Of a stretch of 64,000 nucleotides of DNA, positions 7,847 through 17,814 are shown piece by piece; the stretch's first letter is position 1, and every line of letters begins with the position of its first letter. The DNA comes from Candidatus Multivoradales bacterium. GTDB lineage: Bacteria > Acidobacteriota > Thermoanaerobaculia > Multivoradales > JAHEKO01. Under the pieces are notes generated by a model, which was given only the letters and a program-made list of their open reading frames with translations, searched no databases and was not told the DNA's origin. Made by a program: the position numbers and the translations under genes. Where the stretch lies: the NCBI GenBank assembly GCA_965223855.1, contig CBDCXM010000009.1, positions 928,001 to 992,000 of the forward strand. Direction: 5' to 3'.

Positions 7847-9811
7847 TCAGACGAGTTCCGGATCAGCGACGATCTCGACCAGGCTCGGCCCGTCGATCGA
7901 CAGCGCTTCCTCGAGCGCCGCGTCGAGATCGGCGTGTTCGGTGACCCGACGTCCGTGGGTGCCGCAGAGCCGCGCGTAGGCGGCAAAGTCCGGGTTGTGG
8001 AGCGAGGTCTGCCAGACGTCCCAGTTGCCGGAGCGCTGTTCCTTGGAGATCTTGCCCAGTTCGCTGTTGTTGACGAGGACGTGGGTGATGTTCATCCCGT
8101 ACTTGACCGCCGTCGTGAGCTCACCGAGGTACTGGCCGAAGCCGCCGTCTCCCGACACCGACACGACCGGCCGGCCGGCAAAAGGAGTGTCCTCCTCCTG
8201 CGTGGCCGCCCACGCTCCCATCGCCGCCGGAAAGGCGAAGCCGATCGAACCGAGGTAGCCCGACATCAGGATCGCCTGTCTCGTGCACTCGAAGTAGCGA
8301 CCGAAGGAGTAGGTGTTGTTGCCGACGTCGACCGGCACGATGGCGTCCTCGGGCACGACCCGGTTCATGGCGTCGAAGATCGCCGCCGAGGAAACCCCGC
8401 GACCGCGCTCCTCATCGAGCCGGCGTCGCTTCTCACGGCGCCACAGCTTCCAGCGGGAGGCGACGTCCGGGCGCTGATCTTCGCTGCCGGTTCCGCCGTC
8501 CAGCGCTTCGAGTAGCAGCCTCGCGGTCACTCCGATTTCTCCCCACACCGGCACCGCCACCGGGTGGAACTTGCCGAGCACCATCGGGTCGTAGTCGACC
8601 TGAACGATCGGTCGCTTCGGAGTGATGCCGGTGTGGTTCGAGAAGCTCGCGCCGAAGACCAGCAGCGCGTCCGACTCGTTCATCAGCCAGCTCGCCACCG
8701 GGGTGCCGCTCCTGCCCAGCACCCCGGCGCCCAGCGGGTGGTGATCGGAGACGAGCCCCTTGCCCTTGAAGGTCGTCAGCACCGGCGCGTGCAGACACTC
8801 GGCGAGCTCGATCACCGGCTTCATCTCGAAGCGGGCGCCGTGTCCGACGACGAGCACCGGTCGCCGGGAGGCGCGCAGCAGCTCGACCGCCTCGTCGAGG
8901 CTCTCGCGAGGCGGCGCGATCTGCCGCCGCGTCACCCGTCCTTCGGGACCCCCGGCCCTGGCTCCGTCCGGAGCCGGCTGGGTCTGCACCTCGTCGGGGA
9001 AGATCAGGTGCGACACGCCGCGCTCGAGGATCGCCGTCTTGGCGGCCAGGTTGACCAGCTCGGCATGGCGGCTGGTCGTGAGCACCGGCTGCGTCCAGCG
9101 GGCCACGCCACCGAAGGCGGCGGCGAGATCGACCTCCTGAAACGCCCCGGGCCCGAGCACCTGGGTATCGACCTGGCCGGTGAGTGCGAGCACCGGAGAG
9201 CGATCGACGTTGGCATCCCATAACCCGGTCAGCAGATTGGTCGCTCCGGGGCCGGCGATCGACAGACAGGCGGCTGGGCGCCCGGTGAGCTTGCCGTAGG
9301 CCGAGGCGGCGAATGCCGCAGCCCCCTCGTGCCGGATGCCGTAGAAGCGCAGCCGCCCCGCCTCCTCCTGGCGCCGCAGGGCGTCGGCGAGCCCCAGGTT
9401 CGAGTGACCGACCATCCCCCATACGTGGCGCACCCCCCAGTTGGTGAGCGTCTCCGCCATCACGTCGGTGACGGTCTCGACATGAGGCTCCTCTGCGGGA
9501 AGCGCCACCCAGACGCCGTCGTCACGTTCCTCGACCTCGAAAGCCTCGACGCCGTCGTCGAACCCCGGGGCCTTGCCGGTCAGGGGATCGTAGTCCCAGC
9601 CGTGCCACGGACAGCGGAGCAACCCGTTCTCGATCGTCCCCTCGCCCAACGGACCGCCCTGGTGGGGGCAGCGATTGTCGAGTGCGCCGAAGCGGCCGCC
9701 ATGACGGGTGACGCATACGGTCGTGTGACCGCACGTCACCGCCTTGACGCGACCTTCCGCCAGCTCCTCCCTGTCGAGCACCTTGTGCCATCGCACGCTG
9801 TCTTCACTCAT
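7847..9811 (-). CDS. Rieske-fused thiamine pyrophosphate enzyme (pyruvate oxidase/ALS family)
   Basis: CPHQGG...CPWHGW Rieske motif; RHEGAAAFAA, GPGATN, GDGGF...NN TPP-binding motif. Confidence 0.9.
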   Translation of the reverse strand: MSEDSVRWHKVLDREELAEGRVKAVTCGHTTVCVTRHGGRFGALDNRCPHQGGPLGEGTIENGLLRCPWHGWDYDPLTGKAPGFDDGVEAFEVEERDDGVWVALPAEEPHVETVTDVMAETLTNWGVRHVWGMVGHSNLGLADALRRQEEAGRLRFYGIRHEGAAAFAASAYGKLTGRPAACLSIAGPGATNLLTGLWDANVDRSPVLALTGQVDTQVLGPGAFQEVDLAAAFGGVARWTQPVLTTSRHAELVNLAAKTAILERGVSHLIFPDEVQTQPAPDGARAGGPEGRVTRRQIAPPRESLDEAVELLRASRRPVLVVGHGARFEMKPVIELAECLHAPVLTTFKGKGLVSDHHPLGAGVLGRSGTPVASWLMNESDALLVFGASFSNHTGITPKRPIVQVDYDPMVLGKFHPVAVPVWGEIGVTARLLLEALDGGTGSEDQRPDVASRWKLWRREKRRRLDEERGRGVSSAAIFDAMNRVVPEDAIVPVDVGNNTYSFGRYFECTRQAILMSGYLGSIGFAFPAAMGAWAATQEEDTPFAGRPVVSVSGDGGFGQYLGELTTAVKYGMNITHVLVNNSELGKISKEQRSGNWDVWQTSLHNPDFAAYARLCGTHGRRVTEHADLDAALEEALSIDGPSLVEIVADPELV

Positions 9812-9981
9812 GGGACGCCTTTCTCCGCTGTCGTCGCGGGCGAACGTGAGAGACTGGAGCGTAGCGAAACACCGCGACCGCCCTGTGGTTTTCTGAGGCT
9901 CCCCCGATCGGTTGGGTTGGGGGAGATCATTCGAACGCGGGCTTCGACCCCGCGGGGAGATCTCCGGTAAGGAGGAGGAAT

Positions 9982-10221
9982 ATGAACATCGTCTGGTTTC
10001 TGATTCTCGGAGCGGTGGCCGGCTGGATCGCCGGTCAGATCATGAAGGGGGGCGGCTTCGGCCTGCTCGGCAACATCATCGTCGGTGTCATCGGCGCGGT
10101 CATCGGTGGCTGGACCTTCGGCGCCCTCGGCCTGTCGGCCGGCGGCCTCGTGGGGTCGCTGGTGATGGCGGTGGTGGGAGCGGTCATCCTGCTGTTCCTC
10201 GTCGGCCTGATCAAGAAATAG
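9982..10221 (+). CDS. GlsB/YeaQ/YmgE transglycosylase-associated membrane protein
   Basis: Strong RBS; GAVAGWIAGQIMKGGGFGLLGNIIVGVIGAVIGG. Confidence 0.92.
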   Translation: MNIVWFLILGAVAGWIAGQIMKGGGFGLLGNIIVGVIGAVIGGWTFGALGLSAGGLVGSLVMAVVGAVILLFLVGLIKK

Positions 10222-10312
10222 CCGGGCCGGAGGTCGGCCGAAGGAGCTCGCCGGTGGCGAGTTCGAGGGAGGGGTGTGCCCGCGCTCACCAGGGGTGACT
10301 CGATTGCCGGCG

Positions 10313-10341
10313 GGAAACCCCGGGGCGCCGATCGCCGTCTC
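10313..10341 (+). promoter_or_regulatory. Putative ECF sigma promoter
   Basis: GGAAACC-N16-CGTCTC upstream of the RBS AAGGAGG. Confidence 0.45.
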
Positions 10342-10361
10342 TATGCGCAAAGGAGGTGGCG

Positions 10362-10907
10362 ATGCTTCATCGGGCTTCGGAGTTGGCCGCGCGCGGCTAC
10401 GTCTTCGTGCTTCTCAACGTGTACGGCCTCGGCAAGATGGCGGGAGGGCAGTTCTATCGCCGTGGAGAGCTGCCCGCAGACGTAGCGGCAACGCCCCTGG
10501 GAGAGGCGTCGGCGTTCCAGCTCGCATGGTGCTTCATGGGCTACTCGCCGCTCTACATCGCCTTCGTCGGCGTCACCCAGGTGGTCGGGGCCTGGATGCT
10601 CCTGTGGGGGCGCACCAGGCTGCTGGGTGCCCTCATCCTCCTGCCGGTGATGATCAATGTGGTGGTCTTCGACGTGATCTTCCTCGACATGCCCGGAGCG
10701 TTGGCGAGCGCGTCGATCTATACCTCGCTGCTGGTGGCGGTGCTCGCGCTGAACGCCCCGTCGGTGCGACGGGCACTGGTCGCCCTCACCGTGTCCGATC
10801 GGCGGACGAGGGACTGGCGGGTGTTCGCACTCGCACTGGCGCTGATGGCGGCGCTCTTCGGCCTGGATCAGCTGCTCGTGAACTGGCTCGGACACGGCGA
10901 AGGGTAA
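10362..10907 (+). CDS. DoxX-like membrane protein
   Basis: YGLGK..QF, LAWCFMGYS..Y, RTRLLGALILLPVMINVV; 4-5 TM. Confidence 0.7.
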   Translation: MLHRASELAARGYVFVLLNVYGLGKMAGGQFYRRGELPADVAATPLGEASAFQLAWCFMGYSPLYIAFVGVTQVVGAWMLLWGRTRLLGALILLPVMINVVVFDVIFLDMPGALASASIYTSLLVAVLALNAPSVRRALVALTVSDRRTRDWRVFALALALMAALFGLDQLLVNWLGHGEG

Positions 10908-10997
10908 TGACGACAGGGAGAGTCACCAACGACGACGCCCCGGACACCTGGAGGGTGCCCGGGGCGAATCGGATCCGTAGACCTCGAAGTGCAGGGC

Positions 10998-11654
10998 TCA
11001 GCGGGCGCGGGCGACCGTGACCCGCACGGTCGGGTTGCGCCAGTCGTGCGTCCGCTCGCTCAGATTGCCGGCGCGTCGGACGCCGGGTGAGACATGGATG
11101 AATCCCTCGGCACCGTTGGTGACGCGGACTCCGGGGTTGCCGCACGGCGGACCGGGGATGTGCGCGCAACGCTGTGTGTTGGCCTCGGAGCCGGCGTCGT
11201 ACGCGGGGCCGATGAAGGTGTCGCCCGAACGCACGACCTGACCGCCGGCGGCGTAGAAGGCGTCGTTGGTCGTCACCAGCATGCCGAGGACGGTGACGTT
11301 CTTGAACCCTCCGGCGAGAGAGATGGTGACCGTCTGACTCTGCCCGGGGAGGATGACGTCGCTGCCGATCTCGACCGAGCCGACTCGCGGTTCGGTTCCC
11401 AGCAGCGCGATCAGCCCCGCGCTGTCGGCGTCCTCGGCCACCGCCGCGAGCTCGGGGCTCGCCGCTTCGCCGGTCTCGAAGACCCGGAAGTTGCGCCGGT
11501 GGGAGACGACGATCGGCGGCGACATGATCTGTCCCGGAGTGAGGTTCGTGATCGTGACTTCGTAGGCGTTGCCCTGAGCGGCGGCCGGAGTGCCGCCGGT
11601 GAGCGCGACCGCAACTGCGATCACCGTGAGGGCGAGGGTGCGGAATCTGGACAT
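10998..11654 (-). CDS. Secreted spondin_N-domain protein
   Basis: AAGGAGG RBS; signal peptide; YEVTITNLT, AVAEDAD, MLVTTNDAF, YDAGSEAN. Confidence 0.85.
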   Translation of the reverse strand: MSRFRTLALTVIAVAVALTGGTPAAAQGNAYEVTITNLTPGQIMSPPIVVSHRRNFRVFETGEAASPELAAVAEDADSAGLIALLGTEPRVGSVEIGSDVILPGQSQTVTISLAGGFKNVTVLGMLVTTNDAFYAAGGQVVRSGDTFIGPAYDAGSEANTQRCAHIPGPPCGNPGVRVTNGAEGFIHVSPGVRRAGNLSERTHDWRNPTVRVTVARAR

Positions 11655-11730
11655 CTGAGCCTCCTTGGGAAGTTGCTCGTGAGTGGGGGCGTCGATCTCG
11701 TGTCGACGCTCGAAGCATCGAGCGCCGAGT

Positions 11731-11768
11731 TCACGAGAAGTTCCCCCGGATCTCACGTTTTCCTCACG
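11731..11768. promoter_or_regulatory. Putative OmpR-family direct-repeat site
   Basis: TCACG at 11731, 11753 and 11764 (11-bp phase) upstream of the spondin gene. Confidence 0.55.
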
Positions 11769-11811
11769 ACGGCTGGCCCTGTCGGCGGCCGCCTGCCTGT
11801 GGATTCGCCTG

Positions 11812-13338
11812 TCAGGCGGCGACGAGCGGCAGTTCGAAGGAGAAGGTGCTGCCCGCCCCGACCTCGGAATCGACGGCGATCGAGGCTCCGTGCAGCTCCA
11901 GCGCCTTGCGGGCGATGGCGAGGCCGAGGCCGTTACCGTGGCCTCTGGCGCCATGGCTCTCGCCGCCCGCGCGGCGTCCCGAGGCGCCGTAGAAGTAGCG
12001 ATCGAAGAGGTGGGGCAGCTCGTCCTCCGGGATTCCGCTGCCGGTGTCGGTGATCTCCACCACGGCGGTGCCGTCGCTCTCGCCGACGGCGATCCGCACC
12101 CGCCCTCCGGCGGGCGTGTGCTCGAGCGCGTTGTCGAGCAGGTTCTGCAGCACCCGGGCCAGGAGGCCGGTGTCGGCGTGTACGCGGGCGAGTCCCTCGG
12201 GAAGACCTGCTTCGAGCCTCACTCCACGCTGTTCGGCCGCGAGCCGGTACTCGGCGACGATGTCCTGCACCAGCTCCGTCATCGCCACCGCCTCGCGGTC
12301 GAGCTTGACGCCCCCCGAGTCGAGCTTCGCCAGCTCGAAAAGCTCGGCGACGAGCTGCTCGAGGCGCGACGCCTGGCGGGAGGCGATCTCCAGGTAGCGG
12401 GCGCGACGCTCGTCGTCGAGCCCTTCGTTTCTGAAGCGCAGGGTGTCGAGGTAGCCGCGCAGTGAGGTCAGAGGCGTGCGCAGGTCGTGCGAGACGTTGG
12501 CGACCAGGTCGCGGCGCAGCCGATCGAGGTGTCGCAGCTCGTGAAGCTGCGTCACCAGTCGCTCGGCCATGCGGCCGAAGGTGCGGCCGAGCCGGTCGAT
12601 CTCGTCACCGCCGCCCGTGATGTCCCCGGCTCTGCGGTCCGGGTCGCCGGAAGGCAGCGCCGCCGCCCGGCGGAAGTCGCTTTCTTCGAAGCTCTCGACG
12701 GCGGCCGAGAGCCGGCGCAGCCGGCGGGTCAGGTAATAGAGCAGGCCGAGCCCGCCGAGGAGCGCGACCAGCAGCGAGGCGATGACGCCCCCGGCGGCGA
12801 GGCGCGCGATGTAGCTCCCGCGAAGCAGGGCCGCTGCGGAGTCGTACTCCTGCCCACCGAGGACGACGTAGAGGTAGCCCTGCGGCGCCGAGGGCGGACC
12901 GACGGTGGCGGCCGAGAACACCTTGCGACGCTCCGCGTGGCGCGGGTCGTCGCCGACGATCGCGCGTGTCGAGGAAGCGGCGAGGAAGCGGCGCACCGGC
13001 CCGAGATCGACGCGATCCCGGACGACGACGCCGTAAGGCGCCGAGTAGGAGAGGATCTCGCCCGCCGCGTCGAGGAGGTAGACCTCGATCGCCGGGTTCA
13101 CCACCATCATCGTGTGGAAGACGTCGTAGAGCGCGTCGTCCTGGACCTCGCCCTCGATCATGATGTCCGCCTCCTTTACCAGGTTGGCGGCCAGATCGTG
13201 GTGCAGGCTCTGGGTGAGCTCGGCCTGATAGGCGCGCGTCGTCGCGAGCGTCACCCCTAGGTAGAGCGCGCCGACGAACAGCACGATCGCCAGCAGCGCT
13301 AGGGCGAGACGCGCGAAGAGGCTGGAGCGCCGGTTCAC
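11812..13338 (-). CDS. HAMP-domain sensor histidine kinase
   Basis: GTG start overlaps the regulator stop; 2 TM, HAMP, NVSHDLRTPL H-box, NLLDNA, DTGSGI, GLGLAI. Confidence 0.95.
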   Translation of the reverse strand: MNRRSSLFARLALALLAIVLFVGALYLGVTLATTRAYQAELTQSLHHDLAANLVKEADIMIEGEVQDDALYDVFHTMMVVNPAIEVYLLDAAGEILSYSAPYGVVVRDRVDLGPVRRFLAASSTRAIVGDDPRHAERRKVFSAATVGPPSAPQGYLYVVLGGQEYDSAAALLRGSYIARLAAGGVIASLLVALLGGLGLLYYLTRRLRRLSAAVESFEESDFRRAAALPSGDPDRRAGDITGGGDEIDRLGRTFGRMAERLVTQLHELRHLDRLRRDLVANVSHDLRTPLTSLRGYLDTLRFRNEGLDDERRARYLEIASRQASRLEQLVAELFELAKLDSGGVKLDREAVAMTELVQDIVAEYRLAAEQRGVRLEAGLPEGLARVHADTGLLARVLQNLLDNALEHTPAGGRVRIAVGESDGTAVVEITDTGSGIPEDELPHLFDRYFYGASGRRAGGESHGARGHGNGLGLAIARKALELHGASIAVDSEVGAGSTFSFELPLVAA

Positions 13339-14039
13339 GCCGCCAGGTCCTCGGCGAATCGATAGCCGACGCCCCACACCGTCTGGATGTAGCGCGGCTG
13401 CCCCGGGTCGGGCTCGAGCTTCCCGCGCAGCCGGTTGATGTGCGAGTTGACGGTGTGCTCGTAGCCGTCGTGGCCGTACCCCCACACCTCGTCGAGCAGC
13501 TGGCTGCGGGTGAAGACGTGGCCCGGATGACGTGCGAAGAACAGCAGGAGATCGAACTCCCTGGCGGTCAGGTGCAGCTCGCGCTCGGCGACGGTGACGG
13601 TCCGCCGGGTGCGATCGATCGACAGGTCGCCCACGGTCACCGTCTCGATCGCCTCCTCGCTCGCGGCCGGGGAGGCGTCGATGCGTCGGAACGCCGCCTT
13701 CACCCGGGCGACCAGCTCCAGCACGCTGAACGGCTTGGTGAGGTAGTCGTCTGCACCGACCTCGAGGCCGAGCACCCGGTCGAGCTCGGTCGCCTTGGCG
13801 GTGAGCATCAGGACGTAGGTCTCGGGCGCCTCGGCGCGCAGGCGTCTCGCCACCTCGAGCCCGTCGATCCCGGGCAGCATCAGGTCGAGAACGACGAGGT
13901 CGTAGCGGGATTGACGGGTGCGTTCCAGAGCGGCGAGCCCGTCGGCGGCCCAGTCGCACTCGAGCGGCAGGCTGCCGAGATGCAGCGCCACCAGGTCGGC
14001 GATGTCGCGGTCGTCCTCCACGATCAGTACCCGTCTCAC
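13335..14039 (-). CDS. OmpR/PhoB-family response regulator
   Basis: VLIVEDD, LDLMLP, GADDYLTKPF, HINRLRGK, TVWGVGY; GGAGG RBS before GTG 14039. Confidence 0.95.
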   Translation of the reverse strand: MRRVLIVEDDRDIADLVALHLGSLPLECDWAADGLAALERTRQSRYDLVVLDLMLPGIDGLEVARRLRAEAPETYVLMLTAKATELDRVLGLEVGADDYLTKPFSVLELVARVKAAFRRIDASPAASEEAIETVTVGDLSIDRTRRTVTVAERELHLTAREFDLLLFFARHPGHVFTRSQLLDEVWGYGHDGYEHTVNSHINRLRGKLEPDPGQPRYIQTVWGVGYRFAEDLAA

Positions 14040-14074
14040 GTCGTTGCCTCCATGCGCACCGTAGCGACGGGAGT

Positions 14075-14090
14075 TCACGAAACCATCACG
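14075..14090. promoter_or_regulatory. Putative OmpR-family autoregulatory site
   Basis: TCACG-N6-TCACG; GAGTTCACGA also occurs upstream of the spondin gene. Confidence 0.55.
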
Positions 14091-14215
14091 CCCGAGCGCC
14101 ACTGCCGCCGAAGCTACGGTTGCGGCCCAGGCGCGGTTCAAGCAGGCAAAGCTCGCTCCCACGATAGGCTGCGCCCTTCGCGGAACCTCTTCCGTGGCGC
14201 AACGTAGGGGACCTC

Positions 14216-17200
14216 ATGAGAATCCAGACCGGTCGGCCCGTTCTTCGCTTCCTTCTGCCCGCCCTCGCACTCCTCCTCGCCGTCCTGCCGGCAGCTGCCG
14301 ACGAGGGCGACGGTGTCGGAAGACTCCTGCGCTATCCGTCGATCCACGGCGACTTCGTCGTCTTCGTCTACGCCGGCGACCTGTGGCGGGCGCCGACCGC
14401 CGGCGGGCGCGCCTATCGCCTGACGAGCCACGACGGAGTGGAGCTGACGCCGAGGATCTCTCCCGACGGGGAGTGGGTCGCCTACAGCGCCGAGTACACC
14501 GGCAGCCGGCAGGTCTACGTCATGCCCTCCTCCGGCGGCGCGCCCCGTCAGCTCACCTTCTACAACGACGTCGGCGTCATGCCTCCGCGCGGCGGTTTCG
14601 ACTACTGGATTCAGGGGTGGAGCGCCGACGGCCGGATCCTCGTGCGCATGAACCGCACGCCGTGGGGGCAGCGACCCGGGCGTTACTTCCTCGTCGATCC
14701 CGACGGCGGGCTTGAGCAGCCGCTACCGGTTCCGGTCGGTGGCAGCGCGTCGCTCTCCCCCGCCGGCGATCGTCTCGCCTACACCTATTTCGATCGCGAG
14801 TTCCGCACCTGGAAGCGTTACCTCGGCGGCCGCAATCAGGACATCTGGACCCTCGATCTCACCACCCTCGAGTCCGAGCGCCTCACCGACTGGGACGGAT
14901 CGGACAACTTCCCGTTGTGGCACGGCGAGACGATCTACTTCACCTCCGATCGCGAAGGGACGCTCAATCTCTTCGCCCATGACCTCGCCGGCGGCAGTCA
15001 GACGAAGGTCACCGACTTCGACGAGTACGACGTCCTGTGGCCGAGCCTCGGTCCCGAGTCGATCGTGTTCATGAACGGCGGCTGGCTCTACCGTCACGAC
15101 CTCGCGAGCGGCGAGACGCGGCGCCTCGAGATCGAGCTCAGCGGCGACCTGCCGGGAGCCGCACCGCGCTGGGAGGACACCAGCGACAACATCGCCGCGG
15201 CCGATCCGTCACCCGACGGCAAGCGGGCGGTGTTCGAGGCCCGCGGCGACCTCTACACGGTGCCGGCGAGCGACGGCGCAACGCGCGCCCTGACCGCCAC
15301 CTCCGGAGTGCGCGAGAGCTCGCCCGCGTGGTCGCCCGACGGCGCCTGGATCGCCCACTACTCCGACGCCAGCGGCGAGATGGAGCTCTATCTGCGCCCG
15401 CAGGACGGTCGGGGCGAGGTCCGGCAGATCACCGACGGCACGTCGGTATGGCGTTATCCGCCGGTGTGGAGCCCCGACTCGTCGCGACTCGCCTTCGGCG
15501 ACTCCGACCATCACCTCTGGGTTCTCGACGTCGATTCGGGCGATCTGACGAAGGTCGATACCGACACCCAGGGCGACATCGACACCTATCGCTGGTCGCC
15601 CGACAGCGCCTGGGTCGCGTACGAGAAGAGCCATCCCGAGACCCGGCTGCCGAGCCTGGCGGTCTACTCGATCGAGACGGACCGCGCAACGCTCCTCGGC
15701 TCCGGGCTGACCTTCGACTTCGATCCGACCTTCAGTGCCGACGGGCAGTACCTCTTCTTCCTCTCGAATCGCGACTACAACCTCAACTTCTCCGATTTCG
15801 AGTTCAACTACGTCTACGACAACGCGACCCGGATCTTCGCCGCCGCGCTCGACCCGGAGGCGCCGGCACTCTTCCCGCTCGAGACCGACGAAGTGGCGAT
15901 CGAGACCGAAGATGAAGGCGATGACGAAGGGGAAGACGACGAAGGCGAGGACGACACCGCCACGACCGTCGAGGCCGCCGGCTTCGTCGAGCGCACCGTC
16001 GCCCTGCCCGGCATCGAGTCCGGCAACTACGGCGCCCTGTCGGCGGTCGAAGGCGGCCTTCTCTTCCTGACATTCCCCGACGCCGGCGCGCCGGCGTTGA
16101 TGAAGTACGACCTCGCCGGCCGCGAGGCGAGTGAGGTGGCGAGCGGGGTCGGCAGCTACGTGCTGGCGGCGCGCGGCGACAAACTGCTGCTGCAACAGGG
16201 GGGCTCCTGGAAGCTGGCGTCGGCGGACTCGGGGGACGGCGACGACCTCGATCTGTCCGGTCTCAGGGTCAAGCTCGATCCGCGGGCCGAGTGGCGCCAG
16301 ATGTACGACGAGGCCTGGCGTATCGGCCGCGACTGGTTCTACGACGAAGCGATGCACGGCGTCGACTGGGCGGCGCTCGGCGAGCGCTATCGGGCGCTCC
16401 TCCCCTGGGTCGCCGATCGCTCCGACCTCGACTTCCTGCTGAGCGAGCTGGTCTCCGAGCTCGAAGCGGGCCACGCCTACGTCCAGCGCGGCGAGGAGGC
16501 TCGCATCGAGCGCGTCGAAGGGGGCATGCTGGGAGCCGAGTTCGAAGCCGACGCGTCGGGCCGCTACCGCATCGCCCGCATCTACCCGGGCGAGAACTGG
16601 GACGACGCCTGGCGCTCGCCGCTCACCGAGCCGGGGGTCGACGTCGCCGAGGGAGAGTTCCTGCTGGCGATCGACGGCCGCGAGCTGACGACCGCCGACA
16701 ACCCCTACGAATGGCTCGAAGGCAAGGGCGACCGGCAGGTCGAGCTGACGGTCGGCACCAGCCCCGACCCGGAGGAGGGCCGCCGGGTGCGCGTTCACAC
16801 GATCACCAGCGAGGGCAACCTGCGCTACCTCGACTGGGTGACCTCGCGCGCCGCCCTGGTGGAGGAGCTCTCCGACGGCCGGATCGGCTATCTCCACCTG
16901 CCCAACACGGCCGGCGCGGGAAACCGGGCGCTCCAGAAGTATTTCTACAGCCAGGCGAGCAAGCCGGGACTGATCGTCGACGACCGCTACAACGGTGGCG
17001 GCTTCATCCCCGACCGGATGATCGAGATGCTCTCGCGCACGACCCTCTCCTATTGGGCCCGTCGAGGCATCGAGTCGTTCGCTACGCCCGGTTTCGCTCA
17101 TGACGGGCCGAAGGCGATGCTGATCAACGGCTACGCCGCATCGGGCGGCGATGCGCTCCCCTACTACTTCCGCCAGGCGGGCCTCGGACCGCTGATCGGT

Positions 17201-17482
17201 ACTCGCACCTGGGGCGGGCTGATCGGTATCTCGGGCAACCCGATGCTGGTCGACGGCGGGGGCGTTCTCTACCCGACGTTCCGCTTCTACGGCACGGACG
17301 GCGAATGGGACGTCGAGAACGTCGGCGTCGCCCCTGACGTCGAGGTCTGGGACCTGCCGGGTCCGATCTCCGAGGGCGGCGATCCGTCGATCGAGAAGGC
17401 GGTCGAGATGCTTCTCGAAGAGCTCGGGGACTACGAAGGCCGGCCGGAGACGCCTCAGCCGCCGGACATGAGCGATGACTGA
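14216..17482 (+). CDS. Tricorn-like S41 protease
   Basis: Signal peptide, PD40 propellers, PDZ, GYLHLPNT, DDRYNGGG, ASGGD catalytic Ser, GTRTWGG. Confidence 0.95.
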   Translation: MRIQTGRPVLRFLLPALALLLAVLPAAADEGDGVGRLLRYPSIHGDFVVFVYAGDLWRAPTAGGRAYRLTSHDGVELTPRISPDGEWVAYSAEYTGSRQVYVMPSSGGAPRQLTFYNDVGVMPPRGGFDYWIQGWSADGRILVRMNRTPWGQRPGRYFLVDPDGGLEQPLPVPVGGSASLSPAGDRLAYTYFDREFRTWKRYLGGRNQDIWTLDLTTLESERLTDWDGSDNFPLWHGETIYFTSDREGTLNLFAHDLAGGSQTKVTDFDEYDVLWPSLGPESIVFMNGGWLYRHDLASGETRRLEIELSGDLPGAAPRWEDTSDNIAAADPSPDGKRAVFEARGDLYTVPASDGATRALTATSGVRESSPAWSPDGAWIAHYSDASGEMELYLRPQDGRGEVRQITDGTSVWRYPPVWSPDSSRLAFGDSDHHLWVLDVDSGDLTKVDTDTQGDIDTYRWSPDSAWVAYEKSHPETRLPSLAVYSIETDRATLLGSGLTFDFDPTFSADGQYLFFLSNRDYNLNFSDFEFNYVYDNATRIFAAALDPEAPALFPLETDEVAIETEDEGDDEGEDDEGEDDTATTVEAAGFVERTVALPGIESGNYGALSAVEGGLLFLTFPDAGAPALMKYDLAGREASEVASGVGSYVLAARGDKLLLQQGGSWKLASADSGDGDDLDLSGLRVKLDPRAEWRQMYDEAWRIGRDWFYDEAMHGVDWAALGERYRALLPWVADRSDLDFLLSELVSELEAGHAYVQRGEEARIERVEGGMLGAEFEADASGRYRIARIYPGENWDDAWRSPLTEPGVDVAEGEFLLAIDGRELTTADNPYEWLEGKGDRQVELTVGTSPDPEEGRRVRVHTITSEGNLRYLDWVTSRAALVEELSDGRIGYLHLPNTAGAGNRALQKYFYSQASKPGLIVDDRYNGGGFIPDRMIEMLSRTTLSYWARRGIESFATPGFAHDGPKAMLINGYAASGGDALPYYFRQAGLGPLIGTRTWGGLIGISGNPMLVDGGGVLYPTFRFYGTDGEWDVENVGVAPDVEVWDLPGPISEGGDPSIEKAVEMLLEELGDYEGRPETPQPPDMSDD

Positions 17483-17807
17483 CGGCGTCGTCTCCCGGGT
17501 CGGGCTGTCACGCCGCGGCTGGGTCGTTCTCGTCGCGCTCGCGTTGCTGCCGGTCGCGGTGTCGTGGCTCAACGTCGCTCTGGCCGGTGATCCGGTCGCC
17601 GCGGCGCGCTCAGCGCTCACGAGCGAGGGGGGCGACGAGGCGACCCTGGTGGGTCTGTCGCTCGATCAGCGCTACGCGTTTCTCTGGGGTCGGGGCGAGG
17701 CGAGGTTCGCGACCGCGCCGTCCCCGGGAGAGGCGATCGTGGTCGAACTGCGTCGCGCCGCCTTCGGCCCCTGGCGCGCCGTCGGCGCCCGGCGTTCGCC
17801 GGCGTGA
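17475..17807 (+). CDS. Hypothetical membrane-anchored protein
   Basis: Overlaps the tricorn stop; one TM segment. Confidence 0.5.
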   Translation: MTDGVVSRVGLSRRGWVVLVALALLPVAVSWLNVALAGDPVAAARSALTSEGGDEATLVGLSLDQRYAFLWGRGEARFATAPSPGEAIVVELRRAAFGPWRAVGARRSPA

Positions 17808-17814
17808 GCGCGAC

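Noticed and set aside
9895-9965. Hairpins upstream of the GlsB/YeaQ gene as a possible riboswitch
   Set aside because: No known aptamer motif; GC-rich stems arise easily by chance
11812-13959. 715-aa extended histidine kinase
   Set aside because: The N-terminal part overlaps the response regulator out of frame; the real start is GTG 13338
15900-15956. Asp/Glu repeat in the tricorn gene
   Set aside because: Ordinary low-complexity linker at a position that is variable in tricorn proteases
15209-17620. 803-aa antisense ORF (similar cases at 32343-34433, 40242-42065, 49958-51850)
   Set aside because: Stop-poor mirror frames of real genes, with no recognisable motifs
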